62,659 nt of DNA, filler included, from Candidatus Woesearchaeota archaeon (GCA_003695265.1; 7 parts of 7 records of this genome joined end to end with filler, not necessarily neighbours in it); one strand, 5' to 3'. Shown: positions 1-10,299, numbered from the whole stretch's first letter. Program-made: numbers and translations. The notes: generated by a model from the sequence alone, not told the origin.

Positions 1-151
1 AATGGGTTGAGAAAAGCAACTCAATTCTCTTATTTTTTATTCCTGCAACTGCCAAATTAGTATTGGTTCCACCAATGTCCCCCCCAAGGACAAAATAATC
101 ATAATCATTTTTTCTTATTAATTCTTTGTAATTTTTTGTTTTGTAATTCAT
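1..151 (-). CDS. glk: Glucokinase (bacterial Glk-type), 5' part; runs off window edge
   Basis: Not in ORF track. Manual translation MNYKTKNYKELIRKNDYDYFVLGGDIGGTNTNLAVAGIKNKRIELLFSTH contains the GDIGGTN phosphate-1 motif. ATG overlaps the transketolase stop (ATGA). Confidence 0.8.
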   Translation of the reverse strand, partial: MNYKTKNYKELIRKNDYDYFVLGGDIGGTNTNLAVAGIKNKRIELLFSTH

Positions 152-1110
152 ATTATCACTTTTTTAACAGCTTTGATGATGTGCTTATATGTCAGCCCGA
201 ACTTTTTGTATAATTCTTTGTCAGAGCCGGATTCGCCGAACCTGTCTTTTATACCTATAAACTCCATCCTTGTCGGGTAATTCTGCGCTAACACCTCTGC
301 TACCGCGCTTCCCAGGCCGCCATGAATTTGATGATCTTCAACAGTGACAACAGCTTTTGTTTTTTTCGCGGCTTTAATAATTTCTTTCTTGTCAATAGGC
401 TTTATTGTATGAACATTTAGGACAAGAGCGCTTATCCCTTTCTTTTCGAGTTCTTTTGCAGCCAGCAACGCCTCATAAATTATGGGGCCGCAGCTTATTA
501 TCGCAACATCACTGCCGTCTTTAAACAGCTGGGCTTTTCCAATCTTGAATTCTGTGCTTTTGGTCGTTATTATTGGTGATTTCTGCCTGTTGACTCTTAA
601 ATAAGCCGGCTTTTTTGTTTTTGCTATTGCAATTGTTGCTTTCTCTGCCTGAATAGCGTCGCAAGGAGCAATAACCTGGATGTTTGGCATAACCCTTGTT
701 ATTGCAATGTCTTCTAGTGCTTGGTGGGTTGCTCCGTCCGGACCAACGCCAATTCCCGCATGGCTCCCAACAATCTTCACGTTCTGGTTATTATAGCATA
801 TTGTTGTCCTTATCTGCTCCCAGTTCCTTCCAGGAGAAAACATGGCGAATGAAGTGATAAAGGGAATTTTTCCTACGTGGGCTAATCCAGAAGCGACTGT
901 AGCAAGATTCTGCTCTGCAACCCCCACCTGGATGAACCTGTCAGGAAACTCTTTTATGAACGCGCTCAGCTTTGTTGAGCCCGCGAGGTCCGCTGTGATA
1001 GCAACAACGTTTTTATTTTGCTTTCCAGCCTTAAGGATTCCCTTGCCGAAGCCAGCCCTAGTTGATTCCTTCTCCTCATTCTCAGTGAATAAATTTGGGT
1101 TGAGTCTCAT
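148..1110 (-). CDS. Transketolase, C-terminal (pyrimidine-binding) subunit
   Basis: GVAEQN, GPDGATHQALED and TVEDHQIHGGLGSAV motifs; adjacent to the N-terminal subunit gene. Confidence 0.95.
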   Translation of the reverse strand: MRLNPNLFTENEEKESTRAGFGKGILKAGKQNKNVVAITADLAGSTKLSAFIKEFPDRFIQVGVAEQNLATVASGLAHVGKIPFITSFAMFSPGRNWEQIRTTICYNNQNVKIVGSHAGIGVGPDGATHQALEDIAITRVMPNIQVIAPCDAIQAEKATIAIAKTKKPAYLRVNRQKSPIITTKSTEFKIGKAQLFKDGSDVAIISCGPIIYEALLAAKELEKKGISALVLNVHTIKPIDKKEIIKAAKKTKAVVTVEDHQIHGGLGSAVAEVLAQNYPTRMEFIGIKDRFGESGSDKELYKKFGLTYKHIIKAVKKVII

Positions 1111-1952
1111 CTTATCCTTAGCCTTTCTTTCTTAAGTTCTTCAATTGCTTTTTCAGCCTGCTCTCTGCTTGGTGCTTTGCCATGCCACTTGTAATCATTT
1201 TCCATGAAAGAAACGCCCTTTCCCGGAATTGTTTTAGCGATTATTATTGTCGGCTTTGCCTTTGTCTTATCAGCTTGCTCGAGAGCTTTTAGTATTTGCT
1301 TTATGTCATGAGCGTTAATCTCGATCACGCTCCAGTTAAAGGCTTCATATTTCTTTTTGAGCGACCTTAAAGGCATAACCTCATCTGTTGTTCCGTCAAT
1401 CTGAATGTTGTTTCTGTCCATTATTTGAATTAAGTTATCCAAGCCATATTTCGCAGCAAACATTACAGCTTCCCAGGTGTTGCCCTCTTCGTGCTCGCCG
1501 TCAGATGTCAAGCATACAACCCTGTTTTTCTTGCCGCTCATTTTCAAGCCTAGGGCCATTCCAGCAGCCTGGCTTAAGCCGCAGCCGAGCGGCCCGGACG
1601 AGCTTTCCAGGCCAGGCAGTGCTTCTCTATGGGGGTGTCCTTGCAGCCTTGAGCCAATCTTCCTTAAATTCATAAGCTCTTTTTTTGGGAAAAAGCCTCG
1701 GTTAGCCATTACAGCGTACAGAGCAGGGCATATGTGCCCGTTTGAGAGAACAAGGTAATCACGTTCCGGGTCTTTTGGCTTTTTCGGTCTTACTTTTAAA
1801 AAACTGAAGTATAATGTAACTAAAACATCAGTCATTCCTAAAGAGCCAGCAGGGTGGCCTGACTTTGCCTCAGCGATCATTCTGATAACGTCCTGCCTTA
1901 CAGTGTTTGCCATTATTCTTAATTGCTTAACATCCATTTTATTAGTGCTCAT
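1107..1952 (-). CDS. Transketolase, N-terminal (TPP-binding) subunit
   Basis: SGHPAGSLG, LSNGH, LQGHP, GPLGCG, SDGEHEEG...DRN TPP motif, WHGKAP. Confidence 0.95.
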   Translation of the reverse strand: MSTNKMDVKQLRIMANTVRQDVIRMIAEAKSGHPAGSLGMTDVLVTLYFSFLKVRPKKPKDPERDYLVLSNGHICPALYAVMANRGFFPKKELMNLRKIGSRLQGHPHREALPGLESSSGPLGCGLSQAAGMALGLKMSGKKNRVVCLTSDGEHEEGNTWEAVMFAAKYGLDNLIQIMDRNNIQIDGTTDEVMPLRSLKKKYEAFNWSVIEINAHDIKQILKALEQADKTKAKPTIIIAKTIPGKGVSFMENDYKWHGKAPSREQAEKAIEELKKERLRIR

Positions 1953-2569
1953 TTTAGGTGTTTTCTCAGATTTTTAACATCATCTTTTACATTCTTCGAA
2001 TTTGCCAGGTATGATCCGACCACGAATAAGTCAGCTCCAGCCTCGGCAGCCATTCTTATTGTCTTATCATTTATTCCGCCGTCGACCTCAACCTTTAATT
2101 CTGGATTAATCCTTTTTATTTCTTTCACTTTCTCTAATGCTTCTGGAACAAATCTGCCGCCATAAAACCCCAGCTCAACGCTCATTATTAGGACTTGGTC
2201 AACTCTCTCAAGATAATCTCTTATTTTATCAACAGGAGTGCTTATTTTTAGGGCAAGACCGACTTTTTTTCCTTTTCTTCTCGCGAGTTTAAGCGCATTT
2301 CCAAAATAGTTTGACTCATAATGAATTATTACTGTTTCAACTTTGTCTGAGTTTTTTTTAATCCAACTAACAGGATCCTCAACCATGAGATGCGCTTCTG
2401 TGCTTACATTATCTTTAATTAAGAAATCAAAATTTAATGACTCATTATCAGCGAATTTCCCGTCAATAATATCAAGCTGGATTCCATCCACATAACCCTT
2501 TTCTTTGCTTATGAGCTTATCAAGCTCATCCTGGTTTTTTGCTATTATAGCTCCAATAATTTTTTTCAT
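1949..2569 (-). CDS. rpe: Ribulose-phosphate 3-epimerase
   Basis: DIIDGKF, EAHLMV, LIMSVELGFYGG, VDGGIN, GADLFVVGS motifs. Confidence 0.92.
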   Translation of the reverse strand: MKKIIGAIIAKNQDELDKLISKEKGYVDGIQLDIIDGKFADNESLNFDFLIKDNVSTEAHLMVEDPVSWIKKNSDKVETVIIHYESNYFGNALKLARRKGKKVGLALKISTPVDKIRDYLERVDQVLIMSVELGFYGGRFVPEALEKVKEIKRINPELKVEVDGGINDKTIRMAAEAGADLFVVGSYLANSKNVKDDVKNLRKHLK

Positions 2570-3006
2570 TTTTCAAGCTTACTTATTTTCTCGAGCCTTC
2601 TCTTATGCCTTGCTTTGCCGCTGAACTTTGTGTTAAGCCAAACAGAAACAATCCTTTTTGTTTTCTCGAACGGAAACCCTTTGCCTCGCAGGCAGAGTAT
2701 ATTAGCATCATTGTCCAATCTTGACATTCTTGCAGTGTGCAAATCATAAGCATTGACAGCTCTTGCTCCTTTAACCTTGTTCGCTGCTATTACCATCCCT
2801 GTTCCAGTCGCACACACAAGAATTCCCTTGTTCTTTTTGTTTGAAGCAACTGCTTTTGCGAGTTTTTCCGCGTAGTCCGGGTAGTCATCATTTTTTTTCA
2901 AACTGTAAGCTCCTATGTCAATAAAAGAAATCTTTCTCTTATTAAGGTATTTCTTTAATTTTTCTTTTAAGGAAAACCCTGCGTGGTCAGACCCAATTAT
3001 TATCAT
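2566..3006 (-). CDS. rpiB: Ribose-5-phosphate isomerase B
   Basis: GSDHAG, DDYPD, CATGTG, ANKVKG, ANILCL, RHKRRL motifs. Confidence 0.95.
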   Translation of the reverse strand: MIIIGSDHAGFSLKEKLKKYLNKRKISFIDIGAYSLKKNDDYPDYAEKLAKAVASNKKNKGILVCATGTGMVIAANKVKGARAVNAYDLHTARMSRLDNDANILCLRGKGFPFEKTKRIVSVWLNTKFSGKARHKRRLEKISKLEK

Positions 3007-3150
3007 TCTTATCTTTTTCTTTGCAAAAATTCTTTTAAATAATTTGCTTTTATTGCGTCACTACTATGAAGTCTGCAAAGCGCTTTCTTTTTTGATATTT
3101 AGGTAAAAATATTTATATTTCCTATTCTTTAAACGTATAGGGTGATAATC

Positions 3151-3507
3151 ATGAAGTACTTAAAATACATAAGCCCTCTTAATAGGGTTCTTCTTGGTCT
3201 TGTGATGTTTGTTGCTGGAGGAATGAAGCTCTTGGTGTCTGGGCCTGACAACGTTTCTGGCATGCTTAGTGGCATAGGTTTTCCAGCACCCTTGTTCTTT
3301 GCATGGGTGCTCATAGTTTTTGAAATACTGTGCGGGGCAGCCATAATAATGAACTGGAACATAAAGTATGCTGTTATACCTCCAATGATAATACTCCTGG
3401 TTGCTTCTTTCACAGTTCACATAAGCAATGTTTCCAACCTTCTAATACACTTGGCTTTGACGTCTAATTACGCGCTCATAGCTGTTCCACACTGGAAAAA
3501 GAAATAG
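3151..3507 (+). CDS. DoxX-family membrane protein
   Basis: RVLLGLVMFVAGGMKL...GFPAP...FEILCG pattern; GGTGA SD before ATG 3151. Confidence 0.8.
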   Translation: MKYLKYISPLNRVLLGLVMFVAGGMKLLVSGPDNVSGMLSGIGFPAPLFFAWVLIVFEILCGAAIIMNWNIKYAVIPPMIILLVASFTVHISNVSNLLIHLALTSNYALIAVPHWKKK

Positions 3508-3523
3508 AAAATATGGTGGTTTT

Positions 3524-4558
3524 TTGAAGCGCGTTGTGATTATTGGAGGTGGCTTTGTAGGGTCTTTAGTGGCGAAGAAGCTGGAAAACAGGTTTAAGGT
3601 TACTCTAATAGACAACAAGGACTGTTTTGAGTTCACTCCAGGAGTTCCAAGGACTTTAGTGCAGCCAGAGCATAAAAAAAGCATTCAGGTAAAGCACAAA
3701 AATTACCTTAAAAAGGCAACAATCATAAATGATGAAACAATTAGCATAGGAGAATGTTTTGTTAACACCAAAACTAAAAAATTGTTCTTTGATTACTTGG
3801 TTATTGCTTCTGGCTCTAGTTACTCCTCACTGTTAAGCAACGTTGTTGTTTCCACAAAAGCAGATGTTCTGAGCAGTGTTCATGATGATTTGAAGAAAAG
3901 CAAAAAAATACTTATCATTGGTGGAGGCTTTGTCGGAGTTGAGGTTGCTGGAGAAATCTGCGAAAGATTTCCAAATAAGAGATTAACATTAGTACATGCA
4001 CAAAACAGATTATTGGAGAGATGCACAGGAAAAGCCCAGGAATACGCAAAAAATCAATTAACAAAAAAGGGTGTTGAGATAATATTTAATGAATTAATAA
4101 CAAGGAATTCCGGAAACATTTTCCACACTAACAAAGGCAGAAAGATAAAGGCTGACATTGCTTTTTCATGTGCAGGAATAATACCAAATTCTGGCTTTAT
4201 AAGAGATGAATCTTTGAAAGTCGGGCGCGGCTTCATAAGAGTAAATGATTATTTGCAAATGATTGGTAAGAATAATGTTTTTGTCGGTGGAGATGTGAGT
4301 TCTGTAAAGGAGGAAAAGCTCGCCCAAGTAGCTCAAAAGCATGCTAAAATAATTGCAAGGAACATAATTTTTAGTGAAAGCAATAAGAAATTGGTTAAAT
4401 ATATTCCTCGCTCAAGGCCGCTTCTCATAAGCCTTGGGAAATACAAGGGCATTCTCACTTATAATAACTTCACATTAACAGGAATCATCCCTGCGTTTAT
4501 GAAAATTCTTGTAGAATGGAAGTCTATGATAAAATACAAATTATGGTCTAAATTATAA
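3524..4558 (+). CDS. FAD/NAD(P)H oxidoreductase (AIFM2/FSP1-AMID-like)
   Basis: Two GxGxxG motifs (IIGGGFVG; IIGGGFVGVEVAGE), FDYLVIASGS, VFVGGD; TTG start. Confidence 0.85.
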   Translation: MKRVVIIGGGFVGSLVAKKLENRFKVTLIDNKDCFEFTPGVPRTLVQPEHKKSIQVKHKNYLKKATIINDETISIGECFVNTKTKKLFFDYLVIASGSSYSSLLSNVVVSTKADVLSSVHDDLKKSKKILIIGGGFVGVEVAGEICERFPNKRLTLVHAQNRLLERCTGKAQEYAKNQLTKKGVEIIFNELITRNSGNIFHTNKGRKIKADIAFSCAGIIPNSGFIRDESLKVGRGFIRVNDYLQMIGKNNVFVGGDVSSVKEEKLAQVAQKHAKIIARNIIFSESNKKLVKYIPRSRPLLISLGKYKGILTYNNFTLTGIIPAFMKILVEWKSMIKYKLWSKL

Positions 4559-4674
4559 TTTTTATAGTTTCTTAGTTAAGCCGACTTGATTGTAATGAGT
4601 TTGGGTGGTGCGGGGCTGGACTAAAAAAATTTTTACAATCTCTTAACACAAAAGAATTGACTTAACCTATTTTC

Positions 4675-6111
4675 TTATCCTTTAACAACACCTAAAGGCC
4701 TTAGCTTTGCAACTAATTTTCCGATGCCAGCTTTATGGCTTACCCTCACTACTTCATCAACATCCTTGTATGCTTTTGGCGCTTCCTCACTTATTCCTCT
4801 CCATGATGCAGCCTTTACGTAAATGTTCTGCTTCTCAAGCTCTGATTTGATTTGTTCTCCTCGCCAGCTTTGATTGGCCTGTTTCCTGGACATCATCCTT
4901 CCGGCGCCGTGCGCTGTGCTTCCAAAGCTCTCCTTCATCGCCTTTTCTGTGCCGACAAGCACGTACGAGCAGGTTCCCATGCTTCCAGGAATAAAAATTG
5001 GCTGGCCTGTCTCCTGATAATGTTTTGGAATTTCCTTGCTTCCAGGGCCAAATGCTCTTGTGGCGCCTTTCCTATGAACCCATGCCTCGAATTTTTCTCC
5101 GTTTGCTTCATGCTCTTCAACTTTTGCAATGTTATGAGCGACGTCGTAAACCGTTTTCACCTTGACCTTTTCACCGAAAATCCTTTCCAATGCTTTTCTC
5201 ACCTGGTGTCCTATTATGTGGCGGTTGGTCCAGGCAAAGTTTGCTGAGGCGCACATCGCCGCAAAGTAATCCTTTGCTATGTCACTTCCGGAAGGCGCGT
5301 AAATAAGGTCTTTTTCAGGAAGCTTGTCCATTATTTCTGGGAATGTGTCCTCCATTTTTCTTAAGTAATCAGAGCACACCTGATGGCCTAACCCGCGGCT
5401 TCCGCAATGAATCATCACAACTATTTGGTTTTCTTCTGTTATCCCAAACTTTTTCGCAATTTCTTTGTCAAATATTTCATCAACGAACTGAATCTCCAGA
5501 AAATGGTTTCCTGCTCCTAGGGTGCCTAGCTGGCCTCTTCCTCTTGACTTTGCTTTTTGGCTTACTTTTGTGGGGTCAGCTCCGCTCATTTTCCCATTTT
5601 CCTCACAGTTTTCTAAGTCTTCCTTTGTTCCATAGCCATTCCTAACAGCCCATTCTGCGCCGTCCTTTAACACTTCATCCAATTCAGAGTCGGACAGCTT
5701 TAAGAGAGACTTTGCTCCAACGCCTGCGGGAACCCTTTTGAAAAGCTCTTCAAGTAACTCTTTGATTCTTGGCTTCACATCCTCTACTTTCAGGTTTGTT
5801 GCTAGCAAGCGGACCCCGCAGTTTATGTCAAAGCCTATGCCTCCAGGGCTAATGCACCCTTTCTCAACATCAATAGCTGCTACTCCTCCAATGCTAAACC
5901 CATATCCTTGGTGTGCGTCAGGCATCATAATCGAGCTTCCTTTTATTCCTGGCAGCGAAGCAACGTTTATTCCTTGGGTTATGCAGTTGTCCTTTTCCAT
6001 CTTCTCAATGAGTTTTTCTGACGCGAATATTTTTAGGGGAACCTTCATGCTTCCGTGTTTCTCTACTATAAACGAGTAATTATTCAGTTTTTTTGGTTTT
6101 ATTTCTGACAT
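4675..6111 (-). CDS. rtcB: tRNA-splicing ligase RtcB
   Basis: MPDAHQGYG, GFDINCG, GNHFLE, HCGSRG, HN, HRKGAT, PGSMG, HGAGR, EEAPKAYK; likely start ATG 6111 after GAGGT. Confidence 0.97.
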   Translation of the reverse strand: MSEIKPKKLNNYSFIVEKHGSMKVPLKIFASEKLIEKMEKDNCITQGINVASLPGIKGSSIMMPDAHQGYGFSIGGVAAIDVEKGCISPGGIGFDINCGVRLLATNLKVEDVKPRIKELLEELFKRVPAGVGAKSLLKLSDSELDEVLKDGAEWAVRNGYGTKEDLENCEENGKMSGADPTKVSQKAKSRGRGQLGTLGAGNHFLEIQFVDEIFDKEIAKKFGITEENQIVVMIHCGSRGLGHQVCSDYLRKMEDTFPEIMDKLPEKDLIYAPSGSDIAKDYFAAMCASANFAWTNRHIIGHQVRKALERIFGEKVKVKTVYDVAHNIAKVEEHEANGEKFEAWVHRKGATRAFGPGSKEIPKHYQETGQPIFIPGSMGTCSYVLVGTEKAMKESFGSTAHGAGRMMSRKQANQSWRGEQIKSELEKQNIYVKAASWRGISEEAPKAYKDVDEVVRVSHKAGIGKLVAKLRPLGVVKG

Positions 6112-6118
6112 TTTAACC

Positions 6119-6538
6119 TCACAAGTCATGAACTACTTGTATTGTCACCTTGTTTTCCTCCTCTTTTATAAACATATCGTTATAAGTAACTGCTTTTATT
6201 GCTGTGAACACCTCATAATTGTCTGCGTTATCACCTAAAACAACAGCTTTCAGAGAGTATGTTAAGTTATGTGTTATTTTTAAGCTTTTGACTTTTCCAA
6301 GTAGGAATCCCTCTGTGTCCATCAAAAAAAGGAGCTCGGCAAGGAAGTCATACAATAAGGCCTCCTTATTCCTTGAGGTCACCTCAATGACCTGTTCTAT
6401 TTTGGGCTTTATCTTTGTTATGTCTGTCATTATAGCAAAAGTTGCAAGCGCAGCGTTCTTAAAAGCGCCTTCTAATGTTCTTCCGTAAGCCCTGAACTTC
6501 GCGTCTGCGGTGTGCTCTAAAAATTCATACTTTTTCAT
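6119..6538 (-). CDS. Archease (RtcB cofactor)
   Basis: EHTAD N-terminal motif and IKAVTY; directly upstream of rtcB. Confidence 0.95.
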   Translation of the reverse strand: MKKYEFLEHTADAKFRAYGRTLEGAFKNAALATFAIMTDITKIKPKIEQVIEVTSRNKEALLYDFLAELLFLMDTEGFLLGKVKSLKITHNLTYSLKAVVLGDNADNYEVFTAIKAVTYNDMFIKEEENKVTIQVVHDL

Positions 6539-6620
6539 GTTTTATGTGGGAATAAGGAACTTTTTAAAAATTTTTTCAATTTCACAAAGCTTTAATATCA
6601 TGTTGGGATTACTTCTTGGT

Positions 6621-7334
6621 ATGGAAATAATAAGTGGTGTTGAGATTAAGGACCTTGCCCTTTACATTAAGGCAGATAAAACTTTAATTATTGGTGATTT
6701 GCAGTTGGGTTATGAGGAGAGCCTTCATAAAAAAGGTGTTTTAGTGCCAAAATTCCAGTTCAAAGACACAATAAGTAGATTGCAAAAAATAATCAAAGAA
6801 AACAAGCCTGACAAAATAATAATAAATGGAGATGTAAAGCACGAGTTTGGCACTATCTCCGAGCAGGAATGGCGTGAAATACTCCACCTCATAGATTTTC
6901 TAAGAGAGAAATCGCTTGAAATTGTTTTTGTTAAGGGCAATCATGATAAAATTTTAGAGCCAATAGTGAAGAAAAGGAATGTTAAAATCACGCCGTTTGC
7001 CCGAATAAGAGATATTCTGATAATCCACGGCCATGAAATTCCAGAATCCACAAGAGGTGTCAAAACAATAATCATTGGTCATGAGCACCCTGCTATTTCT
7101 TTGCGTGACGGATCAAGGGTCGAGACGTTCAAATGCTTCCTAAAAGGAGAATGGAAGAGAAAAAACCTTATCGTGCAGCCCTCATTCAACCCTTTAGCAG
7201 AAGGATCTGATGTTTTATCCGAAAAACTTTTATCGCCTCTGTTGGCTGATAGCAATATTGATAATTTTGAAGTGTTTGTCGTTGCTGACAAAACAAGGTA
7301 TTTTGGGACTGTTGCTAAACTTCGGCAGGTATAA
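6621..7334 (+). CDS. Calcineurin-like metallophosphoesterase (MJ0037-like)
   Basis: GDLQLG, NGDVKH, KGNHD, HGH, GHEHP motifs; likely start ATG 6621. Confidence 0.88.
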   Translation: MEIISGVEIKDLALYIKADKTLIIGDLQLGYEESLHKKGVLVPKFQFKDTISRLQKIIKENKPDKIIINGDVKHEFGTISEQEWREILHLIDFLREKSLEIVFVKGNHDKILEPIVKKRNVKITPFARIRDILIIHGHEIPESTRGVKTIIIGHEHPAISLRDGSRVETFKCFLKGEWKRKNLIVQPSFNPLAEGSDVLSEKLLSPLLADSNIDNFEVFVVADKTRYFGTVAKLRQV

Positions 7335-8150
7335 ATTCCTGGAATATTATTTTTCCATTCTGATCATAAACATAATTAGTTGTTCCCCAATATTCATGCT
7401 TCTGAACCCTTCTGCCATTGCCGTCGTAACTGTAAGTCTCATTAAAACCATTTGGGAATTCAACGCGAACAAGCCTGTTGTCCTCATCCCAATAATACCT
7501 TGTAGAACTTTGGAGTAATGAATGTGTTTTATTTATCAGGTTGCCATTCTCATCATATTCATAATAATAAGTCCCGTCGAAAGTTAGTCTGTTTTTGCTA
7601 GCAGGGTCATTATACTCATAATTGATTCCATTCTTTGAGAGCCTGTTACCCACAGAGTCATATGTGAAGTTTACATCAACGCAATTTGGCCCAATAGTAC
7701 AGCCAGGAGAGCCTTGCGGGTCTAAATCTGCTGTTTTTAATCTGTACAAGTTGTCATACGTGAAAGTAAACAAGTCGTTTAGCCCTGAAGTGTTCCCAGG
7801 ATCATTCTCATTAACTCCTTCAAAAATTGCTTTTATATTACCAACAGTTGGACCGGCCCAGGAATCATAAAGGTAAGTGCGCTGGAATAATGTGGTTGTT
7901 CCTTTTTTTGTGTTCATTGAGGTGACCCAGTTCCTGCTGTTATATGAATAATTTGTTGTGACTCCATTTCCAAAAACGATTGAGTTTATCATCCCAGAAG
8001 GAGTATAATCAACGTCTACTTCTTCTCCATTCACAAATATTCTTTCAATCTGGTTTTTCTCATTACGCTCATAGTCTATGATGGTTCCATCAGGGAGTAT
8101 TTTTTGGGTGAGTTGTGATGTGTTTGGATCATAGCTATATTGGGTGATAC
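7315..8150 (-). CDS. YD/RHS-repeat protein, C-terminal part (5' end lost at contig break)
   Basis: Repeated YxYDxxGN/R units (YDNLYRL, YDSVGNR, YDENGNL, YDGNGRR). Frame stays open from 8034 to the spacer (ITQYSYDPNTSQLTQKILPDG...). Confidence 0.88.
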
Positions 8151-8250
8151 NNNNNNNNNNNNNNNNNNNNNNNNNNNNNNNNNNNNNNNNNNNNTTAATT
8201 AATTAANNNNNNNNNNNNNNNNNNNNNNNNNNNNNNNNNNNNNNNNNNNN
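8151..8250. other. Artificial contig spacer (N44-TTAATTAATTAA-N44)
   Basis: Six-frame-stop linker inside an N run; six identical copies in the window. Confidence 0.97.
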
Positions 8251-8278
8251 ATAAAAAATAATAAAAATAATTAAAAAA

Positions 8279-9319
8279 TTATTTTTTTGGGCCTCTGAGG
8301 TACTGGTTGAAATCAGTGTCTGTTGTCACTACAATTCTTGTTTTTTCTCCGCTTGCAAACGCTTCTGGGTATGCCTCAAGGATTCTGAACATCCTGAAAA
8401 ACTCGGGGTCCTGGCTGTAGGCCTCTGCGTAAACCCTAATGGCTTCGGCGTCTCCTTCTCCCCTTATTCCCTGAGCTTTTTGGTAGGCGTCTGCAAGAAT
8501 GATTCTTTTTTCTTTGTCTGTCTCTGCCCTTATTTTGCGCGCTTCTTCCTCGCCTTCAGAACGGTATTTTTTTGCTATTCTTTCACGCTCAGCCCTCATT
8601 CTGCCATAAACGTGCTGGGCGTTCTCTTCTGGCAAGTCAGCCCTTTTTATGCGCACATCTATGATTTCAATGCCGTACTCGTTTGCTTTCTGGTTTGCCA
8701 CTTGGGTTATTTCTTCCATGATGCGCTCTCTTCCAACACTTATTGTCTCGTATTCATGAGTCTCTGTGGTTTGTATAGGGTTATTTGTGCTTCTCACTAT
8801 TTCCACCAAGTCGTACCTGCCGAGCTGCTCTCTGATCACTGAGTATATTATGTCGTCAAGCCTTGTCTGAGCGCCGTTTTCTGTCCTGACTCTTTGCAGG
8901 AAGAGCAATGGGTCCTTGATTCTCCACCTTGCGTAATTGTCAATCACTAAATGCTTTTTGTCCTTTGTCACTATGTCTGTAGGCGCAGAGTCATACTCTA
9001 AGATCCGGTCCTCAAACATCTTCACGGACTGAATGAAAGGAATCTTCACATACAGTCCTGGGCCTCCTGTAATCTCTATCTGCCTTGCGCTTCCTGTTGC
9101 TGAAGAGTCTGCCACAACACTGTAACGTTCTCTCATTTCCTCAACTGCTTGGCTGTCCTCAGAGCCTGGCCTCATTGAGCCGACAATCATTTTCACAGGC
9201 CTTCCGAATTGAGTGACAACTGCCTGCTTTGTCTCATCAACAACGTACAGGCTGGAGCAGCTTCCAATCAATCCTGCCAGTCCTATCATGGTTCCTGCTA
9301 TCATTGTTCTGAGCTTCAT
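8279..9319 (-). CDS. hflC: SPFH-domain protein HflC
   Basis: VVTQFGRP, PGLYVKIPFIQSV, TKDKKHLVID, GIEIIDVRIKR, RMRAERERIA, RGEGDAEA, DPEFF. Confidence 0.93.
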   Translation of the reverse strand: MKLRTMIAGTMIGLAGLIGSCSSLYVVDETKQAVVTQFGRPVKMIVGSMRPGSEDSQAVEEMRERYSVVADSSATGSARQIEITGGPGLYVKIPFIQSVKMFEDRILEYDSAPTDIVTKDKKHLVIDNYARWRIKDPLLFLQRVRTENGAQTRLDDIIYSVIREQLGRYDLVEIVRSTNNPIQTTETHEYETISVGRERIMEEITQVANQKANEYGIEIIDVRIKRADLPEENAQHVYGRMRAERERIAKKYRSEGEEEARKIRAETDKEKRIILADAYQKAQGIRGEGDAEAIRVYAEAYSQDPEFFRMFRILEAYPEAFASGEKTRIVVTTDTDFNQYLRGPKK

Positions 9320-10299
9320 TTTTGGCCACCCCCTTGAGAATCTAAGCTTAGGTGCGGAAGAATCCCTTCTGTCCTTTCGTCAATGACTATTTTCTCAAGC
9401 TTTGGGTAAATTTGACTCATTGCTTCTATGTACATGCGGTCTCTTGTAATGTCAGGAGCTCTTTTGTACTGTACCAGCATTCTCAAGAAGCGGTCAGAGT
9501 CACCCTCAGCTCTTTTCACCCTTTCTGCCTTGTACGCTTCTGCATCCCTGACAAGCTGAGCAGCCTCGCCCCTCGCTTTAGGGATAACATCGTTCTTGTA
9601 GCCGATAGCCTCATTAACCAATTTTACTTTGTCTTCTTTTGCTGATGCAACATCCCTGAACGCATCAGCAACCTCGTCTGGCGCGTAGACATCCTGAAGC
9701 TGAACTGCAACAACTTGAACTCCAGAATGATAGCTGTCAAGAATCTGCTGCAATTTCTCTTTTGCCTGTGTTTGGATTAATGTTTTTCCTGTTGTTAAGG
9801 CCTCATCAATCCCATTATCTCCAATCACTTGCCTCATCGCTGCTTCAGAAGCATCCCTTATTGTTTCCTTAATATCCCTGACATTAAACAGGTAATCAGT
9901 GGCGTTCCCTATCTTGTACTGGACAATCCATTCAACTTTGGCAATGTTCTCATCACCTGTCAGCATGAGGGCTTCTTCTGGATGCTCTTCATACTCTGCA
10001 GGCGGCCCGGGATCTGTTGTCCTAAAACCAATTTCTACCCGCTTGACCTCTGTTACCTTCGGCGTTTTAACTGATTCGATAGGCCAAGGCAGCTTTAAGT
10101 GGATTCCAGGCCTTGAGCTTCCTTGGTATTTTCCGAAGCGCCTAATAACACCTTCCTCGTCAGGTCCCACTGTATATACAGAGGTCAGCAAAGCTATGCC
10201 TCCAAGCAAAGCTGCCAAGCCCCTAGGAACCCATTTGTTGACCTTAGCGTTCATTATGCTGCTAAGGCTTATGTCTTCTGATTCATAGCTATCTCTCAT
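9316..10299 (-). CDS. hflK: SPFH-domain protein HflK
   Basis: EEGVIRRFGK, PWPIE, MLTGDENI, AFRDV, PKARGEA, AEGD..RF, TRDRMYIE; GGAGGT SD. Confidence 0.93.
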   Translation of the reverse strand: MRDSYESEDISLSSIMNAKVNKWVPRGLAALLGGIALLTSVYTVGPDEEGVIRRFGKYQGSSRPGIHLKLPWPIESVKTPKVTEVKRVEIGFRTTDPGPPAEYEEHPEEALMLTGDENIAKVEWIVQYKIGNATDYLFNVRDIKETIRDASEAAMRQVIGDNGIDEALTTGKTLIQTQAKEKLQQILDSYHSGVQVVAVQLQDVYAPDEVADAFRDVASAKEDKVKLVNEAIGYKNDVIPKARGEAAQLVRDAEAYKAERVKRAEGDSDRFLRMLVQYKRAPDITRDRMYIEAMSQIYPKLEKIVIDERTEGILPHLSLDSQGGGQK

